Assembly (NCBI GenBank): GCA_963662795.1
Contig: OY759746.1
Location: 2,144,001 to 2,208,000, forward strand
DNA from: Spirochaetia bacterium
Lineage (GTDB): Bacteria > Spirochaetota > Spirochaetia > CADAEX01
Reading direction: 5' to 3'
DNA: 64,000 nt
Numbering within the stretch: position 1 is the stretch's first letter; each line of letters begins with the position of its first letter. This document shows positions 39,068 to 52,580 of the stretch, in pieces. The position numbers were made by a program, and so were the translations under genes. The notes under the pieces were generated by a model that did not search any database, was not told the DNA's origin, and saw nothing but the letters and a program-made list of their open reading frames with translations.

Positions 39068-40197
39068 TTTTAATCAGCCCATGATTTCCAGTATGCAGTC
39101 TGTCTGCAGTCAAGCCGTTATGCCCTGCATATCTGTAGGTATCTTATAATATTATAAGTTAGATTTGTCAATCCAATTATTGTATTGGCCCTGATAATCC
39201 CACTTCCTCTTATCATGTTACCTTTCAACGAATTCTTTATGCACCCAAATACATGCTCTATCCTGCAGCGGATTTTTGATTTCTTCCTGTTCCTTACCAT
39301 TTGCTGCCTGCTTAAAGTTTCATACCTATACCCTTTTTCATGTATCCGGTTTTTTATATTATTTTCCTCCAATGTGCTTTTTTTAATTGTTTTTCCTGAA
39401 TAAGCACTGTCTGCATACATTTCATAATGATAATCTTTTTCTGTAATAAGGTTTTCCATAACTTGACTGTCATGCACTGAAGCCGATGTTATACAATATT
39501 TTTTTATCAGTTTTGATTTACAGTCAATATTTATATGATTCTTGTAGCCAGAATGTCTTTGCCCTGTCTTTGTAACCCAGCGGGCATCTACATCTTTTTG
39601 CCGTTTTTGTTTTCATTCCAATCCGATGGTCCTTTTTTCTCTTTTAGTTCTTCGTTTTCTTCTTTTGTGTTTCTCTGCTTGGGGGCTTCTGCAAAGCTGG
39701 CATCTACTATTTTCCCATTTTGCGCTATAATTCCTTTGTCATAGAGGTATAGTCCAAACTTTTCAAAAAGTACTTCTACTTTGCCTGATTTTGTAAGGGT
39801 TTCGCGAAATAGCCATATTGTTTTTTCATCCGGCACCTGATCCTGAAGCTCTAATCCCAAAAACCTCATAAAAGAAAAACGATCCATTATTTGAAACTGA
39901 GTCTGTGCATCTGACAAGTTATAAAGTCTCTGAAGAATCAGTATTTTAAACATCAGCACATAGTCATAGGCAGATCTTCCTCCAGGACCCTTGGCCTGCT
40001 TTGTAAACACACGGTTTAAGGTATGACGAAAACTTTCCCATGGAATTATTTTATTCAAGGTTATCAGCGGGTCTCCCTGCTTTTGTCTTAATTCATCATC
40101 AAAAAATCCGCGTTGCTTTTTCATTTTATCCTCCCCCAGGGAGAGTATTACATTTATTCAAGATTATGAAAATTCCATTGAGTTTTTAGAGGTGCCC
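39068..40197 (-). mobile_element. IS5-family element, frameshifted transposase (39118..40124)
   Basis: MFKILILQRLYNLSD, VPDEKTIWLFRE, IVDAS, ADSAY, RCRIEHVFG; end GGGCACCTCTAAAAA. Confidence 0.8.
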
Positions 40198-40271
40198 TTT
40201 AATTATATGAATGAAAATACTATATATGGCAAAATTGAGATATTAAAAGAGAAGGTTTCTCCCCCAATAAA

Positions 40272-41040
40272 TCATGAAGCAATATTCTCGTCACTTAAAT
40301 TCTTAAAAATATCTTTATATTTTCTGTAATACGTATCAATCAGAACTGGTTTAAAAATCAATACACCCGGGTTAATGTTAACTGCTCTCTCGTGCAATAA
40401 TTCTTTTGGAGTCGCACCTTTTGTACGAATTATTGCGTCCTGCATTAAAGAACTTTTGGTAAACAACTGCTTTTTCGAAGAAATTGTTCTTTGATGAAAA
40501 TGTTTCACAGGCATAAAGCTCATCCTCAATCAGTCGGTGAGATGTTTCAACATCTCTCTACCATGTCTTTGCTCCGGGCGGAATACATACATGACCTTGC
40601 ACCCATTATTAGTTTTACAGCTTTTGTAAAGGGGGAATCTTCGAGACAGTTCCAGGGAGAAGTGAACTCTGTTCCGTTATCGGTCTGTATAGTAACATCT
40701 TTAAGATCAATACCATTTCTTTCCAGATGCTCTTTTAACTCGAGAATAAACATTGTTGTATTGGTTGAGTTCTTTTCTATGGCATATGAGTAAAACAATG
40801 CTTCTGTACTTACGTCTCTGGCTGTTATTTGATATCCGGAAAGCTTATGAACAATATATGAACCATACATTTCAGGAATATCATCAAGATATTTGATATC
40901 AACCTGCACTTTTTCAAAAGGTTTCATTTTAGCCTTTATTTCCCTTAAATCCCGCTTTCTCTGATGTTTTTTTCTTCTTCAAATCTTCGAAGCCATTTTC
41001 TTACAGTTTTTGTATAGCTGGTAATATGTATGCATGGGTT
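40272..41040 (-). pseudogene. rve/integrase-core (IS481-like) transposase remnant
   Basis: QVDIKYLDDIP, QITARDV, IQTDNGTEF in broken frames. Confidence 0.65.
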
Positions 41041-41173
41041 CCTCCTTTTTTGGTTTGTCGTAATTCCATGCTACTCATTTTCTTTGATTATGGGCAGCGG
41101 GGGGGGGACCTTCTCTTTTAACTGTTCATATATATGGCAAAACAATATTGCAAATTTAAGTAATATTTATTAT

Positions 41174-42448
41174 CATAGGTGTCCAAAACAATCATAACAG
41201 CTCCAGTTGAAGATTGAAACTAGTTTTTTTAGTCTGTTCTGAAGGCGGTTTATTGAGAACAGTCCAGATATCTTTTCTTGATGTCAGTATTACAGGAATC
41301 AATTTCATCAGTGAAAAATGAGTCCATTTTCTACATGAAAACATTTTAAGGAACTGAAGTAACAGAAAAGCAATTAGGGCAATCCAGATTTGTGTCATTA
41401 CAGCATTTCTGGAAGTACCAAAGAATTTCTTGATCTTGAGGTTCTGTTTGATAGTTTTAAAAAATATTTCAATCTGCCATCTGTCTTTGTAAACAGCAGC
41501 AATTGTTGTTGGAGACCAAAGGAAATTATTGGTAAGAATTACAATATATTTACCGGTTTCAGGATCTCTGCTTCTGATTCGTCTTAATTTTAACGGGCAT
41601 TTTTTACTGGTGTAAAATCCTTTCATTTCTATGATCTGATCAGATGTAATATTTTTAAAGGAGGAGGTATCTTTTCTCTGGACAATTTTATAATCAGCAT
41701 TCTTTTTTAACCTGGTAACAAAATAAATACCGGTATTACAATAATTTGCGAATAATTTAAAGTCAGTATAACCACGATCAAACGTGATGACATCGCCTTT
41801 GTTGAAAGCCATTTTTTTCAAGGAATTGACTTCATGTGTTTTTGCAGTTGTAACTGATACAAAAGCTGGAATATATCCACTATGGTCAAGTTTTACATTA
41901 AGTTTTATTCCGCCTTTATATTTTCTGAAATTTGCCCATGGAAAGAGATTTAAACACAAGTCAATAGTTGATGCATCAACACTGTAAAGAGGATTTTTAA
42001 ATTTATGTTTATGCGCTCTCTTCATGGATAATATCTTATCAAGAAGATCAGTGAAAACATTTTCATAAACTTCACAGCTTCTATTATTATTTGCGTAAGA
42101 TAATGTAGAGCGTTTTACCTTTTTTACACCCATATGATAAAGGTGGTTACTGATTGATTCAAAAGAGTTTTCAATGCCTCTTAACCCGGTCTGTCCTGAA
42201 AGTTGTGCAAAGAGCATGGAGACAAAATGCTGCCAACAGGTAAAACCTTTGGAAGCAAAGTCCCCTTTATGTTTTTTTACAGATTTTTCAAATTCATGTC
42301 TCGGAATTATTTGTAGAATTTGTTTTAAAATGGTATTATTGTAACTCATTGCCTGATTTCCTTTTCCTGTAAAGAATTAGCCGTCCAAGCTTAATTCATT
42401 ATAGTTGGGATTTCAGGCAATTAATAGTCCTTGTTTTGGACACCTATG
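41174..42448 (-). mobile_element. IS4-family element copy 3 (transposase 41192..42349)
   Basis: Same IRs; 9 bp DR ATTTATTAT. Confidence 0.93.
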
Positions 42449-42539
42449 ATTTATTATATTTTCAAAGTTTTTATTTATCTCAAGAATATCTTTGTCAAGC
42501 AGATAGAGAATAGCAATTTAACATTAAGGATTTTTAATA

Positions 42540-43787
42540 ATGCCTAAAGAAATATCCGTAAATCTTGGTAATATGCTTTTATCGTTGTCTGAAATTATTG
42601 ACATGGCAAATCCATATATATCAAATCATCAACAACGTACAGCATTAATCGCAATGCGATTGGCAAATACAATGGATCTTTCACAGAACTCTCTTGAAAA
42701 AATATTTGCATCTGCTCTTTTACATGATATTGGAGCAATAACGATTGAAGAAAAAACGCTATTACATGAAAATCATGAAAAAGATATATTTATTCATTGT
42801 AATAGAGGTGCTGCCCTTGTATCTGGTTTACCGTGGTTTGACCGATTTTCCTTCATAATTAAAAACCATCATACAAACTGGATCGATATTAATAATTCAA
42901 TCGATAATGATGATGTTCTTTCTGCTCAAATAATTCATGTGGCGGATTTTATTGAAAGATCAGTAAACCGAAAAAAATGTATCCTTCATCAAAATGATGA
43001 TATTATAAAAACAGTAAATAAACTGAAATACATTCAGATCAATGAAAAAGTTATTGATCATTTTAACGATTTAGCCAAAAAAGAAGAATTCTGGTTGGAA
43101 CTTACCTCAAACAGAATTTATTCTAATCTGCTACATAACGGCCCATTTATTACAATAAAAGTTTCAATTGATGAAATATCGCAACTAGCTGATCTTTTTA
43201 CTAGAATAATTGATTTTAAATCATCTTTTACTTCTACGCATACAACCGGTGTTGAGGCTTGTACAGAGAAGATTTCGAAAATATTCGGATTTTCCGATAG
43301 GGAAGTAAAACAATTGAAAATTGCAGGAGCATTCCATGATATAGGTAAATTAGTTATTCCTAGAAATATTTTAAATAAGCCCGCAACTCTAACAAAAAAG
43401 GAAACAGCATTAATGCGATCACATGCTTATTATACCTTTATTGCATTAAATTCCATAAAAGGATTGCAAAAAATTGCTGTTTGGGCTGCATATCATCATG
43501 AAAAAAACGATGGATCTGGATATCCATTCCATTATAAAGAACAAGAACTTGATTCTGGTTCAAGAATTATTGCAGTGGCAGACATTTTTACGGCATTGAC
43601 AGAAGATAGACCTTATAGAAAAGGTTTGAAAAAAAATGAAATATATTCGATTTTTAAAGAACATTTGGATTTAAAACAACAGGATGAAAACATAGTCAGC
43701 ATACTTTTTGATAATTATGATGAGATTAGCTGCCATGTAAAGAAAAAGCAAAAAACAGCGACAAAACTTTATAATCGTATTTTTTAA
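42540..43787 (+). CDS. HD-GYP domain c-di-GMP phosphodiesterase (tandem HD domains)
   Basis: LLHDIG and FHDIGK; HHEKNDGSGYP; VADIFTALTEDRPYR. Confidence 0.88.
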   Translation: MPKEISVNLGNMLLSLSEIIDMANPYISNHQQRTALIAMRLANTMDLSQNSLEKIFASALLHDIGAITIEEKTLLHENHEKDIFIHCNRGAALVSGLPWFDRFSFIIKNHHTNWIDINNSIDNDDVLSAQIIHVADFIERSVNRKKCILHQNDDIIKTVNKLKYIQINEKVIDHFNDLAKKEEFWLELTSNRIYSNLLHNGPFITIKVSIDEISQLADLFTRIIDFKSSFTSTHTTGVEACTEKISKIFGFSDREVKQLKIAGAFHDIGKLVIPRNILNKPATLTKKETALMRSHAYYTFIALNSIKGLQKIAVWAAYHHEKNDGSGYPFHYKEQELDSGSRIIAVADIFTALTEDRPYRKGLKKNEIYSIFKEHLDLKQQDENIVSILFDNYDEISCHVKKKQKTATKLYNRIF

Positions 43788-43830
43788 AAAATAATTAAAA
43801 TATATTTATTACTAAAAGGAAATATAAAAT

Positions 43831-45495
43831 ATGGAACTAAATAAATCTAATATCTATGTTGGCAAAGTATTTTTAATAGTGTTGTTATCAAATTTGGGCT
43901 TATATTTTTTCAAAATGGATACTAGCGAAAAATCATCTTTGCTATTTATGATTCCGATAATTGTTTCTGTAATAGTATCAGTTATTATTGTTCATTTAAA
44001 TAACAAATTAAATAAAAATCTTCTTATTTTCAAATCTCTGTTGGTGGATTTTATAGCAACTATTAATAAAAATGCCAAACCAGCTAATATTATTTCAGAT
44101 TTTACAGATTATTCAATGCAATGTAAAAGCAGTAAAAACAACCTTTTAGATATTTTTAATGCGAATAACGAACATTCTCTTGATATGGCTTTAACAATGA
44201 AGGATTCTGTTTATCATACTTCATATATAATAGGGAAGATCAATAGGATTTCGGAAGAAATTGATTCTTTGAGTTCAAGTATTAATCAATCTTCCGCAGC
44301 AATTAATCAGATAACACAGACTGTTGTTAATTTTGTAAAGCAAATCGAGAATCAGTCAAGTGCCGTAGTTCAAACATCGACGGCTGTTGAAGAAATGAAT
44401 GCTTCAATAAAAAATATTGACAAAATTACACATTCAAAAAAAGATAAATCAGAAGACCTTCTGGAGCTTACTAAAAAGGGCAAATTACAGATGATCTCGA
44501 CAAACAATATAGTTGAAAAAATAAGTAAAAATCTTGAATCGGTCAATTCAATAATTAATGTCATTAATGATATAGCCGCCCAGACCAATCTCCTTTCCAT
44601 GAATGCTGCAATTGAGGCTGCTCATGCAGGGGTTGCTGGTAAAGGTTTTGCTGTTGTAGCAGATGAGATAAGAAAACTAGCAGAATCATCTGCTAGCAAT
44701 TCAAAACATATTGCAAAAGACTTAAAAGTAATTGTTGAAAGCATAAAGGAAGTAACTACTTCAAGCAGTCAAAGTCTTAGTTATTATGATGAAATACAAA
44801 TAGAAGCGTCAGCTTTTGTTGATGCACTTGACGAAATAATAAATGCAACAAAGGAGCTTAGTATAGGAAGCAATGAAATTGTAAATGCAACAACTTCTTT
44901 GGTTGAAGTAACAGAGAATATCAGAACTGGTTCCCATGAAATGGAAACAGGAGCTAATGAAATTAATCTTGCTATACATAGCATTATGGAAGCTGGTAAT
45001 AAAAACAGGAATAACATCAACGAAATTACGGAAATAACTTCTGAAATAAATCTAATATTTCAAAAGCTTACAAATTCAAGTATTGAAAGCAATATGATAA
45101 TAGACGGTGCAATATCGGTAGTTTCCATGACTGAATCATTGTCAGAATATAAAATCAATATCCCAACAGTAATAATGCAGCATATCCTTTGGCTTATTAA
45201 AGTAAGACTTTTTCTTGATGGCAGACTAAATCTTGCTGCTTCTGAAATAACTGATCATACGCGTTGTGATCTTGGAAAATGGTTACTATCAAATGTTCAG
45301 GATGAAATGAAAAATGATAAGTCTATTCAAACACTTGAAGATAAGCATATAAAATTACATTTATATATTAAGAAAATAATTGAAAACAAAGAGCAAAAAA
45401 CAAAAGATGCTCTTGAAAATAATTTTACAGAATTAATTAATATTTCTGAAAAGATCGTAGAAATTCTAATCCAATTAAACAAAAAGTTGAATTGA
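43831..45495 (+). CDS. Methyl-accepting chemotaxis protein with C-terminal CZB domain
   Basis: [36 protein letters not shown]; [17 protein letters not shown]. Confidence 0.9.
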   Translation: MELNKSNIYVGKVFLIVLLSNLGLYFFKMDTSEKSSLLFMIPIIVSVIVSVIIVHLNNKLNKNLLIFKSLLVDFIATINKNAKPANIISDFTDYSMQCKSSKNNLLDIFNANNEHSLDMALTMKDSVYHTSYIIGKINRISEEIDSLSSSINQSSAAINQITQTVVNFVKQIENQSSAVVQTSTAVEEMNASIKNIDKITHSKKDKSEDLLELTKKGKLQMISTNNIVEKISKNLESVNSIINVINDIAAQTNLLSMNAAIEAAHAGVAGKGFAVVADEIRKLAESSASNSKHIAKDLKVIVESIKEVTTSSSQSLSYYDEIQIEASAFVDALDEIINATKELSIGSNEIVNATTSLVEVTENIRTGSHEMETGANEINLAIHSIMEAGNKNRNNINEITEITSEINLIFQKLTNSSIESNMIIDGAISVVSMTESLSEYKINIPTVIMQHILWLIKVRLFLDGRLNLAASEITDHTRCDLGKWLLSNVQDEMKNDKSIQTLEDKHIKLHLYIKKIIENKEQKTKDALENNFTELINISEKIVEILIQLNKKLN

Positions 45496-45597
45496 ATTTT
45501 CATTCAGATTTATTCTGCAAAGGTGTTAAATATAATCTCTTGATGGTAAAGAAATTAGCTTATCATTAGGAACTCATAGTTTTTTAATAAAAGAAAT

Positions 45598-45760
45598 CAT
45601 AGGTGTCCAAAACAATCACAGTGACTATACCCCTGTAATAATCCAAACCGATGTTAGTGATCGACCGTTTTTACTGTTTCATTTTTACACCAATTTCAGC
45701 CGGTGTAAAGCCGCCTAATGCCTGTGCGGTCTTAAAGTGTTGTATTCCACTTTCCAGTTT
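45598..45760 (-). mobile_element. Solo IS4 end plus short IS3-like transposase tail
   Basis: CATAGGTGTCCAAAACAATCA at 45598; minus strand WKVEYNTLRPH/ALGGFTPAE. Confidence 0.55.
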
Positions 45761-47083
45761 AGGCCTGTAAAAATTTCTGTGTAACTGACTTTTTATTCAT
45801 CAGAAAACCGCTCTCCATATTCCAATAAAAATAGGTTCATCGCCGGTTTCCACTCACGGAGAGGCATGCTCCATTTCTTTGAAGCCTGCTTTACAGCCAG
45901 GTATATAATTTTAAATGCCGATTTGTCATTGGGAAATATCCTGCGATTTTTTATGGCTTTTCGAATTACACTGTTTAGAGATTCAATTGCATTTGTCGTA
46001 TAAATTATTTTACGGATTTCATCAGGATAATCAAAGATTGTTATCAGGTTTTCCCCACATTCTGCTGATCGATGCATATTGACTGTCCCATTTATCTGAA
46101 AATATTACTAATTCCCTTTCTGCTTCATCAAGGGTTATTGAAGAGTATATCCTCTTTAAATCTCCTGCCAGTTCTTTACAGTCTTTATAGGAAACGTATT
46201 TCAAAGAGTTCCTTACCATGTGTACAATGCATAATCGGATTTTTGTTTTGGGAAATACTGTATTTATCTCTTCATGGAAGCCTGTAAGTCCATCCTCACT
46301 TGCAATGAAGATATCTTTTACACCTCTGGGAGTGAAGTTCCGTTAGTATAGAAAGCCAGAACTTCACTCCTTCGTTTTCTGATATCCAGAGCCAGAGTCC
46401 CAAAAGTTCCTTAATTCCTTCTGTAGTAACACCCAGGGCAAGATAAATTGCTTTGTTGATTACTCTTTTATCCTGATGCACCTTTACGACAATGCAATCA
46501 AGGTAAATTATCGGATAGACACTCTCAAGTGGACGGTTTTGCCGCTGCTCAACTTCCTCAAGAACAGCATCGGTTACACCAGATAATGAGGGAATGCAGA
46601 AACATCTACACCGTACATTTCTTTAAGGGTGGCTGCAATATCCCGTGTCCTCTGTCCCTCTGGCATAAAGAGAGAGGATTTGATCGTCAAATCCTAAAAA
46701 CCTGCGCTGCCCCTTTTGAATGATTTGGGATTCAAAATCACAAGTCCGATTTCTGGGGGTTTCTATCTCAAGTTCACCGGAATCGGTTATTACTTTTTTG
46801 CCTGTACGGCCCATTACGGCTGTTCAGTTTATTGCGGCCCTGGCTTGAATGCTTCTCGTAACCTAAGTGGTTATCCAGTTCTGCATTAAGGGCTTTCTCA
46901 ATTGTCAATTTCATCAGCTGCCTAAAGGGCTTGCAAGATCCGATTCACTCTTGACCCCTTTTACCAGTTCTGTTGCCAATTCTTCCAAACGCTCTTTATC
47001 CATCATAATACTGCTCATTCTATATCCTTTGCCTCTGTAGGCTATTTAGAATTTTGCAGTTACACAGTTTTAATTACAGAGTC
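45761..47083 (-). mobile_element. IS256-family remnant copy 2 (multiple frameshifts)
   Basis: Same IRs and fragments as 38121-39067, inverted orientation. Confidence 0.85.
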
Positions 47084-47091
47084 GATTTGTC

Positions 47092-50000
47092 TTATGCTAT
47101 AACCTGATTTCTTCCGTTATTCTTGGCTTCATATAGTTTTTTATCTGCTTTTTCAATCAATCTTTCAATTGTAATATTGCTGTCATCAATTTCTGAAGCA
47201 TCGGAAATGCCGCAGCTGAATGTAAAAATTATTTCTGTTTTATTGTATATAAAATTAGTCTTTCTTGTGATTTCAAGAATACGCTCAATTGTCAATTTGG
47301 CCTGTTCTTTTGTCGTATCAGCTGAAATGACAAGGAATTCTTCTCCTCCATAACGTCCCTGGAGGTCATAGGGCCTCAGGTTGACGCTTATCAGTTTTGT
47401 AAATTCCCTGAGTATAAAATCTCCAGTCTGATGACCGTAGGTATCATTAATATTTTTAAAATGATCCAGATCGATAATCGAAATTGAAAATATGTTCTTT
47501 TTCCTTTTATATTCTGACAGAAGATTTTCAAGTCTTTCCAGGACAAATCTTCTGTTGTAGATCCCGGTAAGCGAATCCCTTATAGCCATCTCCTTGAATC
47601 TGTTTTCAGATTCAACCCGGTCGGTAATGTCCCTTGCCGCGGCATATAAAAGATTCCCGTAAGGATGAACCCTCCATTCGATAAAGCGGTATGACCCGTC
47701 TCTGTGGCGATAGCGGTTAACAAAATTATTGACAGTTTCATTTTCTGACAGATTTATAAGCACCTCAATTGTTCTGCCTAAATCTTCAGGATGGATGAAA
47801 TCAAGGAATCTGCTTTTTTCAAGAATATCAGATGAATATCCCAGGATGTCTGTCCATGCCTTGTTGACTTTTCATAGGTGTCCAAAACAATCATAACAGC
47901 TCCAGTTGAAGATTGAAACTACTTTTTCTAGTCTGTTCTGATGGCGGTTTATTGAGAACAGTCCAGATATCTTTTCTTGATGTCAGTATTACAGGAATCA
48001 ATTTCATCAGTGAAAAATGAGTCCATTTTCTACATGAAAACATTTTAAGGAACTGAAGTAACAGAAAAGCAATTAGGGCAATCCAGATTTGTGTCATTAC
48101 AGCATTTCTGGAAGTACCAAAGAATTTCTTGATCTTGAGGTTCTGTTTGATAGTTTTAAAAAATATTTCAATCTGCCATCTGTCTTTGTAAACAGCAGCA
48201 ATTGTTGTTGGAGACCAAAGGAAATTATTGGTAAGAATTACAATATATTTACCGGTTTCAGGATCTCTGCTTCTGATTCGTCTTAATTTTAACGGGCATT
48301 TTTTACTGGTGTAAAATCCTTTCATTTCTATGATCTGATCAGATGTAATATTTTTAAAGGAGGAGGTATCTTTTCTCTGGACAATTTTATAATCAGCATT
48401 CTTTTTTAACCTGGTAACAAAATAAATACCGGTATTACAATAATTTGCGAATAATTTAAAGTCAGTATAACCACGATCAAACGTGATGACATCGCCTTTG
48501 TTGAAAGCCATTTTTTTCAAGGAATTGACTTCATGTGTTTTTGCAGTTGTAACTGATACAAAAGCTGGAATATATCCACTATGGTCAAGTTTTACATTAA
48601 GTTTTATTCCGCCTTTATATTTTCTGAAATTTGCCCATGGAAAGAGATTTAAACACAAGTCAATAGTTGATGCATCAACACTGTAAAGAGGATTTTTAAA
48701 TTTATGTTTATGCGCTCTCTTCATGGATAATATCTTATCAAGAAGATCAGTGAAAACATTTTCATAAACTTCACAGCTTCTATTATTATTTGCGTAAGAT
48801 AATGTAGAGCGTTTTACCTTTTTTACACCCATATGATAAAGGTGGTTACTGATTGATTCAAAAGAGTTTTCAATGCCTCTTAACCCGGTCTGTCCTGAAA
48901 GTTGTGCAAAGAGCATGGAGACAAAATGCTGCCAACAGGTAAAACCTTTGGAAGCAAAGTCCCCTTTATGTTTTTTTACAGATTTTTCAAATTCATGTCT
49001 CGGAATTATTTGTAGAATTTGTTTTAAAATGGTATTATTGTAACTCATTGCCTGATTTCCTTTTCCTGTAAAGAATTAGCCGTCCAAGCTTAATTCATTA
49101 TAGTTGGGATTTCAGGCAATTAATAGTCCTTGTTTTGGACACCTATGTTGACTTTTATAAAATTACCGTCCTTGTCCGCGATACAGAGCAGATCAAGGTT
49201 TACAGAGAAAAACCGTTCCAGTTCGTTGCTTCTTTCTTTATCAGCTGTAATATCGATGTTTGTTCCAACCCACCTGTAAGGCTTACCGTTTTTATCCCTC
49301 AGCAGTTCCCCTCTTGTCAGAATCCAGCTCCATTGGCCGTTTTTATGACGGAGTCTGTGGGTTATTTCATATTTCCCTGTTTTTCCTTCAAGATAGTCCT
49401 GTATTGCTTTTTCTATTAAAGGTTTGTCATCTGGATGCCAGAGTTTTTTCCAGTCATTAAATGTACCTGTTGCTTCGGTATCTGTATAGCCAAGCATACT
49501 TTTCCAAAGCGGAGAGAAATAAACGTGATCATTGATCATGTCCCAATCCCACAAACCAGCTCCTGTTCCCTTCATTCCAAGATCAAGTCTTTTTTCCGTT
49601 TCCTTCAGGAGAATTTCATCTCTTTTCCTTGAAGAAATATCTGTATGCGTTCCCATCATTATAAGCGGCTCACCGTCTGAATCCCATTCAACTACCTGTC
49701 CCCTGTCGATTACCCAAACCATGGAACCGTTTTTATGCTTCATTCGTGTTTCAAAATCGTAAAATTCGGTAATACCCCGAAAGTGCTCTTTCAACAGCTT
49801 ATTCGATTTTTTGTAGTCATCAGGATGAGCTAATTTTTTCCAGGTCTCAATTGTAACAGGTTTAAGCTCTTCAAGCGTATACCCTGTGATTTCCGCCCAT
49901 CTTTCATTTACTTTAAGGCTACCTGTTTTAATGTTCCATTCCCATGTCCCTATACGGGTACTGGCTATAATTTTTTCATACCTGAGTTTCTGTTTTTTTA

Positions 50001-51219
50001 GTTCTTTTGTCAGTTTTGCCTGGTTAGTGATGTCTGCCATTATAGTCAGAAAGTACTTTTTGCCCTGATTTTCAACCATTTCCCCGAAAAACAGGCCGTT
50101 CAGTTTTTTTCCGTTTTTACATTTAACCTGAAGTTCAATATTTTTAATCCTGCCGGATTTGAGCAATTGTTCCGTAATAGCGGTTTTTTTTTCCGGATCT
50201 GTAAATATTTCAAGCTCATCTGTTCTTTTCCCGATTATCTCATTTTTTTGATAGCCCAGCTTCCGGGCAAAGGCGCTGTTAACTTCCCTGATTATCCCAT
50301 CAGGAAGGCTGCTGATAGCCATGAGGGCCGGATTGTTTTCAAAAATCTTTGTAAATTTCTGCAGCGCCTCCTGCTCTCTGCTTAAGTCCTTTGATATTCC
50401 GAATATACATTCCGCGCCGTCCCATCTGCCGGTCCATATACGCGTTTCCACCGGAATCAGGGATTTATCGGCAGTTTCAAGCTCAAGCGGGCAGTAAGAG
50501 GATTCCCCCGCAAACATTGCCTGCAGGATCCCTGCTGCTTCGTTTTTTTTATTATCAGGGTGCAACTGCAGAATAGTCATCTTTTTAAGTTCTTCCAGGG
50601 AATACCCCAGTTTTCTGATAACAGCGTTATTGGCATGGACAATTTCGCCCTGCATATTGCCAATTATAAAAAGGTCTTCTACCGTATTGAAAAAAGTCTG
50701 CAAATTTGTTTTTGCGGTTTCAAGTTCCATGAGAATAATTTTCCGCTCAAAAGAGGATGACAACAGCCCTGATATTGTTTTTAAAATTTCAATTTCACTG
50801 TTATTCCAATCTGTTTTTTCCCGGCAGCCTGCAAATCCGATGAATCCTTTAATTCTGCTTTTGATGCATACAGGATATATTCCGATCGAACGAACATCCT
50901 CAGCTGTTAATTTTTTTCTGATATTTTCAGGCAATTCACTGCTGATGCAGCCGAATAACTCATCTTTTTCTTTGATCATCTTATGCAGTGAGTTCAAATC
51001 TGACCGGGATAGACAGTGGGTTCTGTTTTCTCCGGTTTCTGAGGAATATTCGTGCATTATAGAGGATTCTTCCTGAAAGAAATTATCGATGAAAAGCCAT
51101 GCCCGTGTTTTATTTAAATACTGAGCTGTATTTCGCAATACTGATCTTATCTGGATTTCAAAGTCTTCCGAGTTAATTAAAGACAACGCTGCTTGTGAAA
51201 TCAGCTCCAGGCTATTCAT
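47092..51219 (-). pseudogene. GAF/multi-PAS diguanylate cyclase split by IS4
   Basis: PAS_3-like repeats (HPDD, WEWNI) in 49120..51219; GGEEF domain in 47092..47763; 9 bp DR TTGACTTTT. Confidence 0.9.
47873..49147 (-). mobile_element. IS4-family element copy 4 (transposase 47891..49048)
   Basis: Same IRs; 2 aa differences near the C-terminus. Confidence 0.93.
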
Positions 51220-51300
51220 TTGAACATTATAATATATTATTATAATTTTAGCTTCAAATAATTATTTGTTTTCAATAAGGTATTTAAGGAGGGACCGGAG

Positions 51301-52017
51301 ATGAGGATTCCAATTGAACTTGCCGACAGGATAAGAGAAGAGCTTCTGCTGAATTCTGATGAAAAAACAAAAGAAAGCGGACAGCGCTTTTTTAAGGAGA
51401 ATGTTAAGCTTTACGGCATAAAGACTGCGGTTGTTAAAAAAATTGACAGGAAATATTTTAAGGAGATAAAAGAAAAAAACCGGCTGGATATATATTCAGT
51501 GTGTGAAGAGTTCATGAAGTCAGGATTTATGGAAGAATCATTTATCGCCGCAAATTGGTCTTATTATATCAGGAGCAGGTACGAACAGGAAGATTTTAAT
51601 ATTTTTGAAAGATGGGTGAAGAGTTTTGTTTCCAACTGGGCATCCTGTGATACCTTATGCAATCATACAATAGGCGCTTTTATTGAAATGTATCCTGAGT
51701 ATCTTGATAAATTGAAAGAATGGGCTAAATCCTCGAACCGGTGGGTCAGGCGCGCATCAGCGGTCTCGCTGATAATACCTGCAAAGAAGGGGCTTTTTGC
51801 AGATGATATTTTTTCTATTGCAGATATCCTTCTTGCAGATAAGGATGACCTTGTTCAGAAGGGATACGGCTGGATGCTGAAGTCGGCCTGCAAAAATCAT
51901 GAAAAAGAGGTTTTTGAATACGTAATGAATAATAAGAAGGAAATGCCCAGGACAGCGTTGCGCTATGCGATTGAAAAGATGCCCCCGGAACTGAAGTCAG
52001 CTGTAATGAAAAAATGA
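51301..52017 (+). CDS. DNA alkylation repair protein (AlkD-like)
   Basis: NWASCD, SSNRWVRRAS, DDLVQKGYGWMLK, MPRTALRYAIEK. Confidence 0.88.
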   Translation: MRIPIELADRIREELLLNSDEKTKESGQRFFKENVKLYGIKTAVVKKIDRKYFKEIKEKNRLDIYSVCEEFMKSGFMEESFIAANWSYYIRSRYEQEDFNIFERWVKSFVSNWASCDTLCNHTIGAFIEMYPEYLDKLKEWAKSSNRWVRRASAVSLIIPAKKGLFADDIFSIADILLADKDDLVQKGYGWMLKSACKNHEKEVFEYVMNNKKEMPRTALRYAIEKMPPELKSAVMKK

Positions 52018-52094
52018 TTCATGCTATTATTTTGTGAATTTTATCCGGAGATTTGTATATGACATCTTCCCGTATCAGGTTTAAGGAGATTTGA

Positions 52095-52580
52095 GTGATT
52101 ATACTATATTCCGTTACTGTCTTGCTGGTCATTCTATCAGGAACAGCAAGCATGAAAAAGACAAAGGCAGCCCTTGTTTCTGCCGCGAAAAAACTGCTTA
52201 ACATATTACCGGCTTTTATCCTGATGCTGATTTTTGTATCTTTGAGTCTGGCTCTGCTGCCGGATGAGACAGTACTGAATCTGCTGGATAATAACAGCAC
52301 TGCGGTTTCCGTGCTGCTGGCATCAGTTGTCGGTTCAATAACATTAATGCCGGGATTTATTGTATTTCCATTGTGCGGGATCCTTCTTGAAAAAGGGGTG
52401 ACATATATGGTTATTTCGGCTTTCACAACTACTCTCATGATGGTGGGAATCCTGACTTATCCGATAGAGAAAGCGTATTTCGGTGCAAGGATTGCCATCA
52501 CCAGGAATGTATTCAGTCTTATTATTGCCCTGGCTGTAGCTCTTGCGACCGGCCTCTTTTTCGGGGAGGTTTTTCAGTGA
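52095..52580 (+). CDS. Permease (ArsP/DUF318-like half)
   Basis: GSITLMPGFIVFPL..ILLEKG; hydrophobic. Confidence 0.7.
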   Translation: MIILYSVTVLLVILSGTASMKKTKAALVSAAKKLLNILPAFILMLIFVSLSLALLPDETVLNLLDNNSTAVSVLLASVVGSITLMPGFIVFPLCGILLEKGVTYMVISAFTTTLMMVGILTYPIEKAYFGARIAITRNVFSLIIALAVALATGLFFGEVFQ

